Positions 29,263-42,324 are shown, counted from the first letter of the stretch. The stretch is DNA of 64,000 nucleotides from Thermoplasmata archaeon (GCA_041489255.1 JBGPQV010000002.1:64001-128000), one strand, 5' to 3'. Numbers and translations: made by a program. The notes: generated by a model from the sequence alone, not told the origin.

Positions 29263-29360
29263 TGGCACGAGGGTGGAAAGGGCTCCGGGTAGAGGCCGTG
29301 GCAATGTGACGTGCTACCACATGTCCCGAAGGGTTATTGTCCATCGCCTCGATTCATGGA

Positions 29361-30503
29361 ATGATGTTCGCGTCTAGAGCCGGCCACGTCGAGGTATCTG
29401 GCATACGGAAGATGTTCGAGTCCGCACCGCCGGGCGCAATAAACCTCGGGCTGGGAGAGCCGGACCTGCAGCCCCCGCCGAAGGTCATCGAGGCGCTCAA
29501 GAAGGCCATCGACAGCGGCATGAACAAATACGGGCCGACGGGGGGGATACCTGAACTTCGACAGGCGGTCGCGGAGCGACTGGCCAGGTTCGCCGACGTC
29601 AAGCCTGACACAGTGCTGATAACCACAGGCGCGACAGAGGCGCTGTGCGTGACGATGCAGACCCTCATAGACAACGGGGATGAGGTCCTCATACCGGATC
29701 CCGGTTTCGTCCTCTTCGGACCGCAGGTCAGGCTCGCTGGCGGGGTCCCTGTCACCTACTCGCTTGCCGAAGATAACGGATTCATTCCAGGAATCGATGA
29801 GTTGAGGTCGCTCGTGACGCACAGGACCAAGGCGATCATCGTCAACAGCCCGGCGAACCCGACAGGTGCCGTGTTCGACAGGAAGACCGTCCAGGCCATC
29901 GCCGACTTCGCGAAGGAGGAGGGCCTCATAGTCATCAGCGACGAGGTGTACGACGCGATCGTGTACGAGGGCGCACACGAGTCGTTCCTTGGCAAGTACG
30001 AGAACACGGTTTACGTGAATTCGTTTTCCAAGGTTTTCGCGATGACCGGGTGGAGGCTCGGGTACTTGACCGCCCCGCCGGAGATGATCAAGCAGATGGC
30101 CAAGATCCACTATTACATGGTCGCGTGCCCGCCAACGCCGACGCAGTACGCGGTCCTCGCGGGCCTGAGGGAGCCGGAGGACTACGTGCCGAAGATGGTC
30201 AAGGAGTTCGGCATCAGGCGGGAGATCATGGTCAAGGAACTCGGCAAGATGCCGGGCTTCCACTGCCTCAAGCCGAAGGGCGCGTTCTACGCCTTCCCCA
30301 CATACGACTATGACATGGCCTCTGAGGAGATGGCCATGAGCATTCTCAAAGGAGGCGTGATCTGTACGCCAGGCAGGGCGTTCGGCGAGCAGGGGGAGAG
30401 GCACATACGTTTCTCCTATGCGAACTCGCAGGACAACATCAAGAAGGCGATGGAGCGGATAAGGCAGCACCTGGAGAAGGAGTTTGGGGGAAAGGTAAAG
30501 TAA
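29361..30503 (+). CDS. PLP-dependent aminotransferase, class I/II
   Basis: GEPD, NSPANPTG, SDEVY, SFSKVFAMTGWRLGY, GAFYAF. Confidence 0.92.
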   Translation: MMFASRAGHVEVSGIRKMFESAPPGAINLGLGEPDLQPPPKVIEALKKAIDSGMNKYGPTGGIPELRQAVAERLARFADVKPDTVLITTGATEALCVTMQTLIDNGDEVLIPDPGFVLFGPQVRLAGGVPVTYSLAEDNGFIPGIDELRSLVTHRTKAIIVNSPANPTGAVFDRKTVQAIADFAKEEGLIVISDEVYDAIVYEGAHESFLGKYENTVYVNSFSKVFAMTGWRLGYLTAPPEMIKQMAKIHYYMVACPPTPTQYAVLAGLREPEDYVPKMVKEFGIRREIMVKELGKMPGFHCLKPKGAFYAFPTYDYDMASEEMAMSILKGGVICTPGRAFGEQGERHIRFSYANSQDNIKKAMERIRQHLEKEFGGKVK

Positions 30504-30525
30504 AGCGACCTTCTTCTACCGCACG

Positions 30526-32208
30526 ATGCGGAGGTCGACCGCCGCTGCACTGATTGCGATACTACTCATTGCAGTGTTCACCAGACTGATGCCCCTGACC
30601 AATTTCGTGTACTGGGGCTCTGACATAGGCGAGTATCACTCATTGACGGACCGGCTCATAGGCACGGGTCACCTCGGAACTGATTATTCTGGGTGGGGCA
30701 AGACCTATCCATACTTCCCAGGGTTCTACTTTGTTGTCGGTGGCGGGAGCATGATGGGCGTAGACAGCAACGCCGCCCTCAACCTGATACCGACGATTCT
30801 CAATGCGGTGGCGGTACTGTTAGTCTTCCTCGTGGCGGTAAGACTGTTCCGCGACGACCGCATTGGCCTGATGGCGGCGGGGGTTCTCGCCGTGGCCTTC
30901 CCTTACATCTACACGAACTCGCACCCGATTCCGTCTGCGATCGGCACGGTCCTGTTTCTCGCGTCGATGGCGCTGCTAGTCGGGTCGCAAAGTGAGATGA
31001 AGAAGCTCGCGGCGCTCCTGCCGCTCGCCGCCGCGATCGTCGTCACGCACCACCTGTCGACTTACTTCCTGATCATCGCCGTCCTCACGGCCCTCGTCCT
31101 GAGGAGCCTCCTCGCCAGCAACTTCAGATGGAGGAGCGTAGCGATCGAGGCGGTGTTCCTGGTTGCCTTGCTCGCCCTCGCACTTCCATTCTGGTTAGTC
31201 TACGCAACGCCGTTCCGGGAGAACCTCCTCGGTGACCTCGGGACGGTACCCTGGTGGGGGCCTTTCGCTGCTCTCGGCATCGCAGCCCTCGGCTGGCTGG
31301 TTGTTGTCCGCCTGAGGAGGAAATCGGAGTGGAGGTTCTCGCCGAGATATCCGACACTCCGGAGGAACGCGGTTATGTTCGTCCTTGCGATCGCGTTCGC
31401 GTTCGCGCTGATGAGCTTGTTCACCGTGGTCAATGTCCTCGGCACAACCATCAAGATCAACCTTCAGGATGTCCTCTACATCAGCCCGTTCCTCCTGCTG
31501 ATGGCGTTGGCCGCTCCAGGAAGGCGGCCACTGGACTTTGCGCGGGATGGGCACAAGCCGACCGCCTGGCTTGCGGCATTCACACTCTCGCTGTTCGCCG
31601 GGTCAATCGTTGGCGAGCAGGTACTCATCCCATACCGCCACGTCGACTTCATGATGATTCCCGTGGCAATCATGGTAGGGTCGGGAATCGTCCTGCTCCA
31701 CGACCTCGCTTTCGCTGGGAGGAAAGGCGGTGCCGTTGTCGTGGTGATTGCGGTTGTTCTCATCACGAGCAACATGGCGGTTGCATATCCTCCGCAGGAT
31801 ATCATGGCGGGCTACAACGAGGGCACGGACTCGAAATCGCTCGTCGCGATGAATTGGCTCCCTGGCCATGTCGATGGTCTTCTTGCGACCGACCACAAGG
31901 CCTCAATGCTCTCCTTCGGATATGGCGGGACGAACGCCACATGGGACACCGCGAGAGAAACCATCTTTGCCACGAGCTTCACCAACGCCAAGTCCGAGAT
32001 GCTCGGCGTGAACTCGCCATCGGGACCCAAGAGGGTGGACTTCGTGCTCATGAACGTGGATGTGAGGACCGGAGCGCAGATGTTCCCCTGGGAACCCGCC
32101 ATTGGCCTCAGCGAGCAGGCCCAAGCGAAGTTCAACGGGCTGCCTTACCAGAGGTTCTATGACGACGGATACACACAGATATACTGGGTGAACTGGGGCT
32201 ACGCCTAG
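30526..32208 (+). CDS. Polytopic membrane protein, possible GT-C-type glycosyltransferase
   Basis: More than 12 TMs; WGSDIGEYH in first loop, YPYFPGF, THHLS; adjacent to a GT4 gene. Confidence 0.55.
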   Translation: MRRSTAAALIAILLIAVFTRLMPLTNFVYWGSDIGEYHSLTDRLIGTGHLGTDYSGWGKTYPYFPGFYFVVGGGSMMGVDSNAALNLIPTILNAVAVLLVFLVAVRLFRDDRIGLMAAGVLAVAFPYIYTNSHPIPSAIGTVLFLASMALLVGSQSEMKKLAALLPLAAAIVVTHHLSTYFLIIAVLTALVLRSLLASNFRWRSVAIEAVFLVALLALALPFWLVYATPFRENLLGDLGTVPWWGPFAALGIAALGWLVVVRLRRKSEWRFSPRYPTLRRNAVMFVLAIAFAFALMSLFTVVNVLGTTIKINLQDVLYISPFLLLMALAAPGRRPLDFARDGHKPTAWLAAFTLSLFAGSIVGEQVLIPYRHVDFMMIPVAIMVGSGIVLLHDLAFAGRKGGAVVVVIAVVLITSNMAVAYPPQDIMAGYNEGTDSKSLVAMNWLPGHVDGLLATDHKASMLSFGYGGTNATWDTARETIFATSFTNAKSEMLGVNSPSGPKRVDFVLMNVDVRTGAQMFPWEPAIGLSEQAQAKFNGLPYQRFYDDGYTQIYWVNWGYA

Positions 32209-32281
32209 ATATCGGTCTCTCTGCGAATAGTCTTAAGAATATCAGCGGTTGTCTGTTCTGGCATAAAGGAGCAGTGCCTGC

Positions 32282-33376
32282 CTGCGCATCGCGATATTCC
32301 ATGACTTCCTGAGGAGCCTCGGTGGCGGGGAGAACGTCTCCCTTTCCCTGGCCAAGGCCTTTGGCGGCGATCTGATCACGACAGACTTCGACGGCGAAGT
32401 GCTAAGGCTGGCGGATGCGGGGAATGTCAAGGTGATTGACCTGGGTCGATTGGCCAGCACGCCGGTCCTTCGCCAGATACAGGCCTCCCTCCGCTTTGCC
32501 GGCGCGGACTTCGACGATTACGACTTCTACTTCTTCTCGGGGAACTGGAGCAGATGCGCCGGCAAGTCTCACAGGCCGAACATCTTCTACTGCCATACGC
32601 CGGTCCGAGCGTTCTACGATCTCAAGACGCGATATCTCAGCGAACTCCCGCCACCGCATAGGCTGCTGGCGAGGGCCTGGATCGCGGTACACAGCAGGTG
32701 GGACCGTGAAACGATCGGCCACATGGATCAGATCGTGGCGAACAGCGAGAACGTGAAGGGCAGGATCAAGAGGTACTATGGGCGGGAATCGACCGTGGTC
32801 AATCCGCCGGTCGCCACAGCGAAATTCCGATTCGACGAGGTCGGCGACTACTGGCTGTCGGTGAACCGCATTCGTCCCGAGAAAAGGATAGACCTGCAGA
32901 TCGAGATCTTCAGGCGGCTGCCCGCAGAGAAGCTGCTGATTGTCGGGGATATCGCGCGAGAGGTGACAGCGCGCGCGGTCGTGTCGCAACTGAAAATCCC
33001 GCCAAATGTGCAATTGACCGGTGCCGTCCATCAGAAGAGGCTGGCCGACCTGTACGCGAAGTGCAAAGGCTTCATCACGACCGCGGTCGACGAGGATTTC
33101 GGCATGACCCCGGTGGAGGCGATGGCTTCGGGGAAGGCTGTTCTCGCGACTGACGAGGGCGGGTACCGCGAGACCGTTATTGATGGGTCTACGGGATGGC
33201 TACTCCCCATCGACGCCGACGCTTTCGCGAGCAAGATCAAGTCTCTCGATGAGGGAAGACTCAAAGCGATGAAGGACAAGTGCATCGCGCGAGCGCGGGA
33301 ATTCGATGAGGGGAGATTCATCGAGCGAATGAAAGAACTGATGATGTCGTCAATAGATAAGGAGAAATCCCGCTAG
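32282..33376 (+). CDS. Glycosyltransferase family 4
   Basis: RIAIFHD...GGGE N-terminus in frame upstream of the 32399 track start; YCHTP, ANS, EKRIDL, EDFGMTPVEAMASGK. Probable CTG start at 32282. Confidence 0.88.
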   Translation: MRIAIFHDFLRSLGGGENVSLSLAKAFGGDLITTDFDGEVLRLADAGNVKVIDLGRLASTPVLRQIQASLRFAGADFDDYDFYFFSGNWSRCAGKSHRPNIFYCHTPVRAFYDLKTRYLSELPPPHRLLARAWIAVHSRWDRETIGHMDQIVANSENVKGRIKRYYGRESTVVNPPVATAKFRFDEVGDYWLSVNRIRPEKRIDLQIEIFRRLPAEKLLIVGDIAREVTARAVVSQLKIPPNVQLTGAVHQKRLADLYAKCKGFITTAVDEDFGMTPVEAMASGKAVLATDEGGYRETVIDGSTGWLLPIDADAFASKIKSLDEGRLKAMKDKCIARAREFDEGRFIERMKELMMSSIDKEKSR

Positions 33377-33759
33377 GCGTCATCGGATGGCGGGAAGCAT
33401 ATCTTACACTGCGAGTCGAGGCGGGAATACCGGTGATGGAATGCGCAGAACCTCTCGGTCCTGGTGATGTCCCTGCACAGTGCCTCTATCGCGGCTATCT
33501 GCTCCGGCCTCGGAAGGCCTTTGCTGATCTTGGCGGCGAGATCCTTCACGCCGTCCTCAATCTCGGGGAACATGCCGAGCAGCTCCTCGTCGACCGCCCT
33601 GCTGCGCGTGTTGTAATGGCTTATTGCTGCCTGCGTGATTCCCAGATGCCCCGCCACCTCGACCTGCTTCATGTGGTAGTCTCTCAGGAGGATCTGGGCG
33701 AGCCGCGCTCTAATCGCTGGGAGGAGCTTCGCCGCGACGAGTTCCGAAGGCTGCATCAT
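33373..33759 (-). CDS. HTH transcriptional regulator with Cys/His metal site (COG2522-like)
   Basis: LPAIRA.LA..L, MKQVEVAGHLGITQAAISHY, C...C..H...C..C. Confidence 0.75.
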   Translation of the reverse strand: MMQPSELVAAKLLPAIRARLAQILLRDYHMKQVEVAGHLGITQAAISHYNTRSRAVDEELLGMFPEIEDGVKDLAAKISKGLPRPEQIAAIEALCRDITRTERFCAFHHRYSRLDSQCKICFPPSDDA

Positions 33760-33828
33760 GGGTTCTTATTCCCTTGTGCAATCAAGTCTGGTCTCGCTAT
33801 TTAACCGTGACGCCTTCGTGAGCCTCCA

Positions 33829-34323
33829 TCAATTCGCAAGGTCAGCGAAAGCAAGCAGGCGCGCCGAACCATCTATGAGGACTGCATCGACTCCGATTTC
33901 AAACCGTTGGCATGAAAGCAAGTCCAGGGACAGATGATCTGCGTCCAATCCTTGGGCAACTTCAGAATCAATTGCCATATCGTGATGCTGCCAAAAATGG
34001 AGTTCGCCTGTCCAATGTGCGACCATTGTCCTGCCTTCTTGAGCGATTATTACCGAATCACGTCTTAGATGGATTTCATATGGAGAACCGCCAACTTCTT
34101 TCGGGATTATCAGGGCAGCATCGCCATCGCACGCCACCACGAACTTGGTCTCTCCAGTCAAATCGAGAACGGCGTCTATGAAGCCTGCAATGCCGCGCGC
34201 GACATTTCCAATCTCTATCCTCCTGATGCTTTCCCTTTGACACGCGAAAAAGGCGGTCACCGACGACAGCAGCAGCATTGCACCCAGCGCAACTGCCATC
34301 TTCGACGAGAGCCATTCAAGCAT
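33829..34323 (-). CDS. Pilin-like hypothetical protein
   Basis: N-terminal hydrophobic helix followed by an amphipathic helix and beta-rich domain; co-oriented with a second pilin-like gene. Confidence 0.45.
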   Translation of the reverse strand: MLEWLSSKMAVALGAMLLLSSVTAFFACQRESIRRIEIGNVARGIAGFIDAVLDLTGETKFVVACDGDAALIIPKEVGGSPYEIHLRRDSVIIAQEGRTMVAHWTGELHFWQHHDMAIDSEVAQGLDADHLSLDLLSCQRFEIGVDAVLIDGSARLLAFADLAN

Positions 34324-34326
34324 CGG

Positions 34327-34824
34327 TTATCCCACCCATACGACCACATCGATGCCGCTGACGCATTCGACATGCATCGAGTAACTGCCTTCGAAAAGCG
34401 TCAGGCCCCCGCCATCGGTTGAGCTGATGAGCACGGATGGGTTACGCACGGTCACGAGCTGCTCATCACCGCCGGAGAGTTTGTAGCGTATGAATCGGGA
34501 ATACGCATGGCCCGCCGAGTCTCCAAAGACAACGTACTCGATGCGGGTGAAAGTCCCGCCTTCGAACACAACATGTATTTCCTCCCCGCCAGAGCCAGCC
34601 TGCAGATACCTCTGTGCCGCCGTGAGCACACGCGCTATCTCCGCCCGAACTCGCTGATCTGTCTGGACATAGTCAACTGACGACCAGCCACTCATGACCG
34701 CCGGAACGACGAGCGCGATGGAAATTAAGGCAATCAGCAGCCTATACGGCATGCCCAGGAGCGCATTTCCATCGCGACGAATCGAATGTGAAAGACCTCT
34801 CGCATCGATGACAGCCATCGCCAT
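34327..34824 (-). CDS. Pilin-like protein with class III-like signal peptide
   Basis: RRDGNA|LLGMPYRLLIALISIALVVP: charged leader, A at the putative cleavage site, then a hydrophobic helix. Confidence 0.5.
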   Translation of the reverse strand: MAMAVIDARGLSHSIRRDGNALLGMPYRLLIALISIALVVPAVMSGWSSVDYVQTDQRVRAEIARVLTAAQRYLQAGSGGEEIHVVFEGGTFTRIEYVVFGDSAGHAYSRFIRYKLSGGDEQLVTVRNPSVLISSTDGGGLTLFEGSYSMHVECVSGIDVVVWVG

Positions 34825-34955
34825 TCAGTTGTCCTCTGAAACCAAGGTGCTTGCGGGTGGAAACAGCAGGCAGAGGTGATACGCGGCATCTCGTCGAAGA
34901 TGGAAGACCGATAGTTTATTGTGCGTCGAGAAACAGATGCCCTCTCGGGAAAACC

Positions 34956-35156
34956 ATGATACCGACACCCAGACCGGGAAACATCCCTGAGTCGCCGGAA
35001 AAAACTGGCCCTCCGGGCAGAGGGACCGACCCGACGCCGCTCCTCTTCCAGTCCCTCGAGGACATCGAGGAGTTGAAGAAGGCGGTCAAGGCCCTGAATG
35101 AGAAGAACAAGGAACTCGAGAGGCGTCTGCAGGCGCTCGAGGAGCAGAGGATCTGA
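34956..35156 (+). CDS. Small Pro-rich/coiled-coil hypothetical protein
   Basis: Host-like codon usage; C-terminal heptads LEDIEELKKAVKALNEKNKELERRLQALE. Confidence 0.45.
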   Translation: MIPTPRPGNIPESPEKTGPPGRGTDPTPLLFQSLEDIEELKKAVKALNEKNKELERRLQALEEQRI

Positions 35157-35215
35157 CCGTCGATATCTGCGATGCCAAAAGCATTATCTCGCGGAGGGGT
35201 CATCAAGGGAAGGAT

Positions 35216-35749
35216 ATGGGCGAAGGGATGAACGCAGACGACCGACTCTCTCAGGAAATTGCGACAATGAAGCCAGCCCCCAAGACGCGTCGGGTTAGGA
35301 CCCTGTTGATGTTCCTATTCGCGGTCACGCTAGTTTCGATTCTTGTCGTGGCGGTGGCGTGGCACTACGCTATCTTGAACCTTGAGTCGCAAGAAAGACG
35401 CTGCGACGGGGGCTATATGTATCAGCCGCTGGCTTTTACTCTCATGCGGTCAAATGGGAATTGGACGGTGACGAGCACGTGCACTAACAAAGCCATCCAT
35501 CTGAGCGAGGTGACCATCACCATATTCGACTTGAATGGAGCGATTGCGAACTCGATGCATTCGGTGCTCCTCACGAATCTCACCCAAGCGAACTGGGCGA
35601 CATACTATGTGTTGTACGTGAAGGTGGGCAGTGAGGACTATGTGCGTCAGTCTGCGCAGTTAGTCATCGATGCGACACAGTACCACAGCAGATATCGGTT
35701 CCATTTGGCTACCTACGGCGGTATTCTCTACTCCTTTGTTCTCGACTGA
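35216..35749 (+). CDS. Membrane-anchored hypothetical protein (pilin-like ectodomain possible)
   Basis: Basic stretch followed by one TM helix and a beta-rich domain; lower GC than flanks. Confidence 0.5.
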   Translation: MGEGMNADDRLSQEIATMKPAPKTRRVRTLLMFLFAVTLVSILVVAVAWHYAILNLESQERRCDGGYMYQPLAFTLMRSNGNWTVTSTCTNKAIHLSEVTITIFDLNGAIANSMHSVLLTNLTQANWATYYVLYVKVGSEDYVRQSAQLVIDATQYHSRYRFHLATYGGILYSFVLD

Positions 35750-35848
35750 CAAAAGATTCCAATCAATGGGAGAATCGTGGATCTCTGCAGAGGCCGAGTT
35801 CGCTGAGTCAACATGTTTAAGGACTTCGCGAGCTTTGACTCGGGCCGC

Positions 35849-37138
35849 ATGCATCACGAGGAAATCCTCAGGGAATTGTATGCTCTGGAACGCTTCGGGA
35901 TGAAGCTCGGGCTCGCAAACATCACGGAGCTGCTTCATAGGATCGGAGGCCCGCACCTCAGATTCCCCGCCGCACATGTGACTGGAAGCAACGGGAAGGG
36001 CTCGGTCTGCGCTTTCATCGAATCTATTCTGAGGGAAGCCGGCTACAATGTCGGACTCTACACATCGCCGCACTTGATTCGTTTCAATGAGAGAATCAGG
36101 GTCGGCGGGCGGGAAATCCCGGATGAAGATGTCGCAAGACTCTACGAGTTCGTCAAACCGCATGCCGCCATAATGGCTGCGGAATCGAAGGCGAAGCAGC
36201 CGACCTTCTTCGAGATAACCACCGCCATGGCCTTCCAATACTTCGCGGAGAAGGAAGTGAAGCTCGCGGTTGTCGAGGTTGGGATGGGCGGCGGCATGGA
36301 CGCGACGAACGTGGTGCGCCCGGAGACCTGCGTGATCACTCGCGTGAGCCTTGAGCATACTGAACACCTGGGCAGGACGATCAGGAGGATTGCCAAGGAG
36401 AAATCGGGAATATTGAAACCGGGCGTGCCTGTCGTGACGTTGAACCAAGAGGCCCTCGCAACCATTGAGGAGAGAGCGAAGGAGCTCGGATGCCCTCTTA
36501 CCGTTGTTGGCCGCGAAGCGACCTACAGGCGCATTGGCGGGACTCTGGCGGGACAGACAATCGAGTACTCCGGGTCTTCGACGATCCAGGTCTCCACCGT
36601 GATGGCGGGAGCGCACCAGGTGGAGAATGTTGCACTCGCCTTGGCGGCGACAAGCGCCCTTGAGTCACGCGGGTGGAATGTAGGAGATGATGCGAAGCGC
36701 GTGGGCATCGCGAGGATGAGGTGGCCCGCGAGGTTCCAGCTGGTGCGCAGGACTCCACCGGTGCTGATCGATGGCGCTCACAACCCCGGTGGCGCGCAGT
36801 GCCTGCACGATTCGCTTACGGAATGCCTGCCGGGGAGACGCGTCGTGCTCGTGATGGGCATGCTGGCCGACAAAGACCTGACGTCATATGCAAACACGCT
36901 CGCGCCGCTGACTGCGCACTCTATTTCAACGAGACCGAAAAGCGAGCGCGCGTATCCTCCGGAAGAAGTGACTCTCACATTCAAGAAGCTGGGCATATCG
37001 TCTGAGGTGATCGAGGATGTCCCAGCCGCGATTCGGAGGGGTTTGGATCTGGCATCAAGAGATCGGCCCCTGCTCATCACCGGCTCGCTCTATCTTGCGG
37101 GAGAAGCCCTGCAGCATTTCCAGGAAGGAACCGTTTGA
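35849..37138 (+). CDS. folC: Folylpolyglutamate synthase/dihydrofolate synthase
   Basis: HVTGSNGKGS, YTSPHL, EVGMGG.MDATN, IAKEKSGI, WPARF, DGAHNP, GSLYLAG. Confidence 0.93.
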   Translation: MHHEEILRELYALERFGMKLGLANITELLHRIGGPHLRFPAAHVTGSNGKGSVCAFIESILREAGYNVGLYTSPHLIRFNERIRVGGREIPDEDVARLYEFVKPHAAIMAAESKAKQPTFFEITTAMAFQYFAEKEVKLAVVEVGMGGGMDATNVVRPETCVITRVSLEHTEHLGRTIRRIAKEKSGILKPGVPVVTLNQEALATIEERAKELGCPLTVVGREATYRRIGGTLAGQTIEYSGSSTIQVSTVMAGAHQVENVALALAATSALESRGWNVGDDAKRVGIARMRWPARFQLVRRTPPVLIDGAHNPGGAQCLHDSLTECLPGRRVVLVMGMLADKDLTSYANTLAPLTAHSISTRPKSERAYPPEEVTLTFKKLGISSEVIEDVPAAIRRGLDLASRDRPLLITGSLYLAGEALQHFQEGTV

Positions 37139-37800
37139 ACAGGAAGCAGCTCGATTCCTTGATGGAGGACCTTCGCCGCCGGTATCTCCACTACAGGCAG
37201 CATCAGACGGACACCGCCCTAGGCAAAATCACCGCGGAGACCGAGGACCCGTTCAAGGTGCTCATATCCACGATCCTCTCGCAGAGGACAAGGGATGAGA
37301 TGACGGACAAGGCCTCACATCAGCTTTTCGCGAAGTACCCTGATGCGAAGTCGATTACAGGAGCACCCCTTCCCGAGATCATTCGACTCATAAAGCCCGT
37401 GGGATTCTACAGGCAGAAGGCGGTCAGCGTCAGGGAAGTGAGTCGAATAATCCTCAGAGAATATGGCGGGAGAGTCCCGCCAGTCTTCGACGAGCTCCTC
37501 AAGTTGCCTCAGGTGGGGCCGAAGACCGCCAACTGCGTCCTCGTCTACGGGTTCGGCATTCCGCGGATACCCGTCGACACTCACGTCCATAGGATCACCA
37601 ATCGCCTGGGGCTCGTGAAGACGAAAACGCCGGACGAGACCGAAGCGGCTCTCATGAGAGTCGTGCCGATGGATTATTGGATCGACCTCAACGGCCTCCT
37701 TGTCCGCTTCGGGCAGAGCATATGCAGACCAATAGGGCCGAGGTGCAGCGAATGCAACTTCAGACGGTTCTGCTCGTACTACAAGACCGTCGTGAAATGA
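37135..37800 (+). CDS. nth: Endonuclease III
   Basis: ILSQRTRD, HhH LPQVGPKTA, VDTHVHR, C-x6-C-x2-C-x5-C [4Fe-4S] motif. Confidence 0.93.
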   Translation: MNRKQLDSLMEDLRRRYLHYRQHQTDTALGKITAETEDPFKVLISTILSQRTRDEMTDKASHQLFAKYPDAKSITGAPLPEIIRLIKPVGFYRQKAVSVREVSRIILREYGGRVPPVFDELLKLPQVGPKTANCVLVYGFGIPRIPVDTHVHRITNRLGLVKTKTPDETEAALMRVVPMDYWIDLNGLLVRFGQSICRPIGPRCSECNFRRFCSYYKTVVK

Positions 37801-37815
37801 GACTCAGGCACTTGC

Positions 37816-40320
37816 CTATTGCTGATCCGGCGCGGACTCCTCGCCCACCGCCTTCTCTTCTTCCTTCTCGCTTACGATCTTCACGACTGCGGTGACGCGG
37901 TCCTTCTCCTTCAACCGCATGATACGGACGCCTTTCGCAGACCGCCCAGTCTTGCGGATCCCCTTGACCGGTATCCTGATGACCATGCCGCCGACGGTCG
38001 TGACGAGCAGCTCCTCTTCGGGGGAGACCTCGACGATGCTGACGACCTTGCTCTTCGCCAGCGTAATCTTTGTTGTCATGACGCCCTGACTGCCTCTTTT
38101 GGTCTTCCTGTATTCGGCGATGAGCGTCCTCTTGCCGAGCCCGTTCTCGAGCATCGTCAGGAGCTCTTTCGCGGGGTCTGTGGCCAAAGTCATCCCGACG
38201 ACCGCGTCGCCGCTCCTGAGCTTCATCCCCCGGACGCCGGCAGCGGTCCGCCCCATGGTCCGCACCTGACCCACGTCGAACCTGTTCGCGTATCCGCCAT
38301 TGGAAGCGAGGATGACTTCCTCGTTGCCTTCTGACAGGCGCGCGGCTATTAACTCGTCCCCGGGGAGTAGCTTGATCGCCTTGATTCCGCGGATCATCGG
38401 CCTCTTGAAAGCGCTCAGCCTCGTCCTCTTGATCTTCCCTTTCTTCGTCACGAAGAATATCGTGCGCTTCTCGTCAAACTCCTTGACTGGGATCATGGCC
38501 TGTATCCGCTCGTCCTTGTCGAGCCTGGGGAGGAGGTTGATTATCGGCCTGCCCTTCGCATGAGTCCCGCCGCTCGGTATCCTCCACGTCTTGAGCCAAT
38601 AGCACTTGCCCTTGCTGGAAAGGAAGAGGATGAAGTCGTGCGTCGAGGCGACGAAGAGGTTGACGACGTAGTCCTCCTCCTTCGTCTCCATGCCGATGCG
38701 GCCCTTCCCTCCGCGCCTCTGCTGGCGGTAGGTGTCAACGGTGAGGCGCTTGATGTAGCCCGTGTTGGTGATTGTGACGATGACCTCTTCCTCTGGGATG
38801 AGGTCCTCGATGTCCATCTCCTCGGCGTCGATCTGGATCTCCGACCGGCGCTCGTCCCCGTACTTGTCCTTGAGTTCGAAAAGCTCCTGCTTGATGATGT
38901 TGCGAATCTTCTCGCGGGAGGCGACGATCGAATGGAGCTCCTCGATCTTCTTCTTGAGAGCGCTCTGTTCGTCGCGAAGCGACTTGACCTCCAAGCCCGT
39001 CAGTTTCTGCAAGCGCAGTTCGAGTATCGCCTTCGACTGCTCCTCGCTCAGCAAGAACCGGTTCATCAGACCAGACCTTGCCTCGTCGGCGTCCCTCGAG
39101 CGTCTGATCAGCCGGACCACCTCGTCCAGGTGATCCACCGCGGTGATGAGCCCCTCGACTATGTGCTCTCTCTGCTGGGCCTTCGTGAGGTCGAACTGCG
39201 TCCTTCGCCTCACGACCTGCTCTCTGTAATCGACGTACGACTGGAGAGTCTCACGCAGAGTCAGGACCTTCGGCTCGCCGTTCACGAGGGCGAGGTTGAT
39301 GACTCCGAAGGTCGCCTCCATCTGCGTCCTCGCGTAGAGCTGGTTCAGCACGACATCCTCTATCGCGTCCTTCCTGAGTTCGAGGACGACTCGCATGCCT
39401 GACCTGTCGCTCTCGTCCCTGAGGTCCGTGACGCCATCGAGCTTCTTCTCCTTCGCGAGGAGGGCGATGCTCTCCACGAGCGCCGCCTTGTTGACCATGT
39501 AAGGAATCTCCGTTATGACGATGCGGGCCCTGTCCCGTCCTGCCTCCTCGAAGTGCGCCTTCGCCCTGAGGCAGATGAGGCCACGTCCGAAACGGTACGC
39601 CTCGTTCACGCCCTGGATGCCGTAGATGATGCCGCCTGTCGGGAAGTCGGGTCCCTTGATCGGCCCCGTCTCGGGATTGAACAGGTCTTCTATCTGAGCC
39701 TCCGGGTTTTCGATGAGGGCGACGAGGGCGTCGACGACCTCGGCAAGGTTATGCGGAGGGATGTTTGTGGCCATTCCAACCGCGATTCCGCTCGAGCCAT
39801 TCACAAGCAGATTGGGGAACTTGGCGGGGAGGATCGTCGGCTCCTTGAGTGTCCCGTCGAAGTTGTCCACCCAGTCGACGGTGTCTTTCTCGATGTCTTG
39901 GAGCAATTCCTCCGAGGTGCGCGACAAGCGGCACTCGGTGTACCTCATCGCGGCGGGAGGGTCGCCGTCAACGCTCCCGAAGTTGCCCTGACCATCGACG
40001 AGGAGGCTGCGCATCGAGAAGTCCTGGGCCAGGCGGACGAGTGCATCGTACACCGCCATGTCCCCGTGCGGGTGATATTTTCCGATTATTTCTCCAACCA
40101 CCCTCGCACACTTCTTATGCTGCGTCCCCGCGCCCATGCTTAGGTCATTCATGGCGTAGAGGATCCTCCGCTGCACGGGCTTCAATCCGTCCCTCAAGTC
40201 CGGCAGCGCCCTCCCGACGATCACGCTCATCGCGTAGTCGATGTAGGAGCGCTTCATCTCCTCCTCGATCGGCTGCGCGACGACTCGCTTGTGCGTTGCC
40301 TGCTCCGTCCCGTCCGGCAA
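37816..40320 (-). CDS. gyrA: DNA gyrase subunit A
   Basis: [25 protein letters not shown], GyrA-box QRRGGKG, C-terminal pinwheel repeats. Confidence 0.97.
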   Translation of the reverse strand: MPDGTEQATHKRVVAQPIEEEMKRSYIDYAMSVIVGRALPDLRDGLKPVQRRILYAMNDLSMGAGTQHKKCARVVGEIIGKYHPHGDMAVYDALVRLAQDFSMRSLLVDGQGNFGSVDGDPPAAMRYTECRLSRTSEELLQDIEKDTVDWVDNFDGTLKEPTILPAKFPNLLVNGSSGIAVGMATNIPPHNLAEVVDALVALIENPEAQIEDLFNPETGPIKGPDFPTGGIIYGIQGVNEAYRFGRGLICLRAKAHFEEAGRDRARIVITEIPYMVNKAALVESIALLAKEKKLDGVTDLRDESDRSGMRVVLELRKDAIEDVVLNQLYARTQMEATFGVINLALVNGEPKVLTLRETLQSYVDYREQVVRRRTQFDLTKAQQREHIVEGLITAVDHLDEVVRLIRRSRDADEARSGLMNRFLLSEEQSKAILELRLQKLTGLEVKSLRDEQSALKKKIEELHSIVASREKIRNIIKQELFELKDKYGDERRSEIQIDAEEMDIEDLIPEEEVIVTITNTGYIKRLTVDTYRQQRRGGKGRIGMETKEEDYVVNLFVASTHDFILFLSSKGKCYWLKTWRIPSGGTHAKGRPIINLLPRLDKDERIQAMIPVKEFDEKRTIFFVTKKGKIKRTRLSAFKRPMIRGIKAIKLLPGDELIAARLSEGNEEVILASNGGYANRFDVGQVRTMGRTAAGVRGMKLRSGDAVVGMTLATDPAKELLTMLENGLGKRTLIAEYRKTKRGSQGVMTTKITLAKSKVVSIVEVSPEEELLVTTVGGMVIRIPVKGIRKTGRSAKGVRIMRLKEKDRVTAVVKIVSEKEEEKAVGEESAPDQQ

Positions 40321-40330
40321 GTTCAGACCT

Positions 40331-42229
<1,899 letters not shown>

Positions 42230-42310
42230 CTAGTTCGTGGCCTCTTTAATTGCAATCTGAGAGTCTTGCGGACCCATCCCGTCTATCATTTTCCATAAGA
42301 CCCCTTAGAA

Positions 42311-42324
42311 TATAAAGGTTTTCG
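42311..42324 (-). promoter_or_regulatory. BRE/TATA promoter upstream of gyrB
   Basis: Minus strand CGAAAACCTTTATA matches the archaeal BRE-TATA consensus. Confidence 0.6.
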
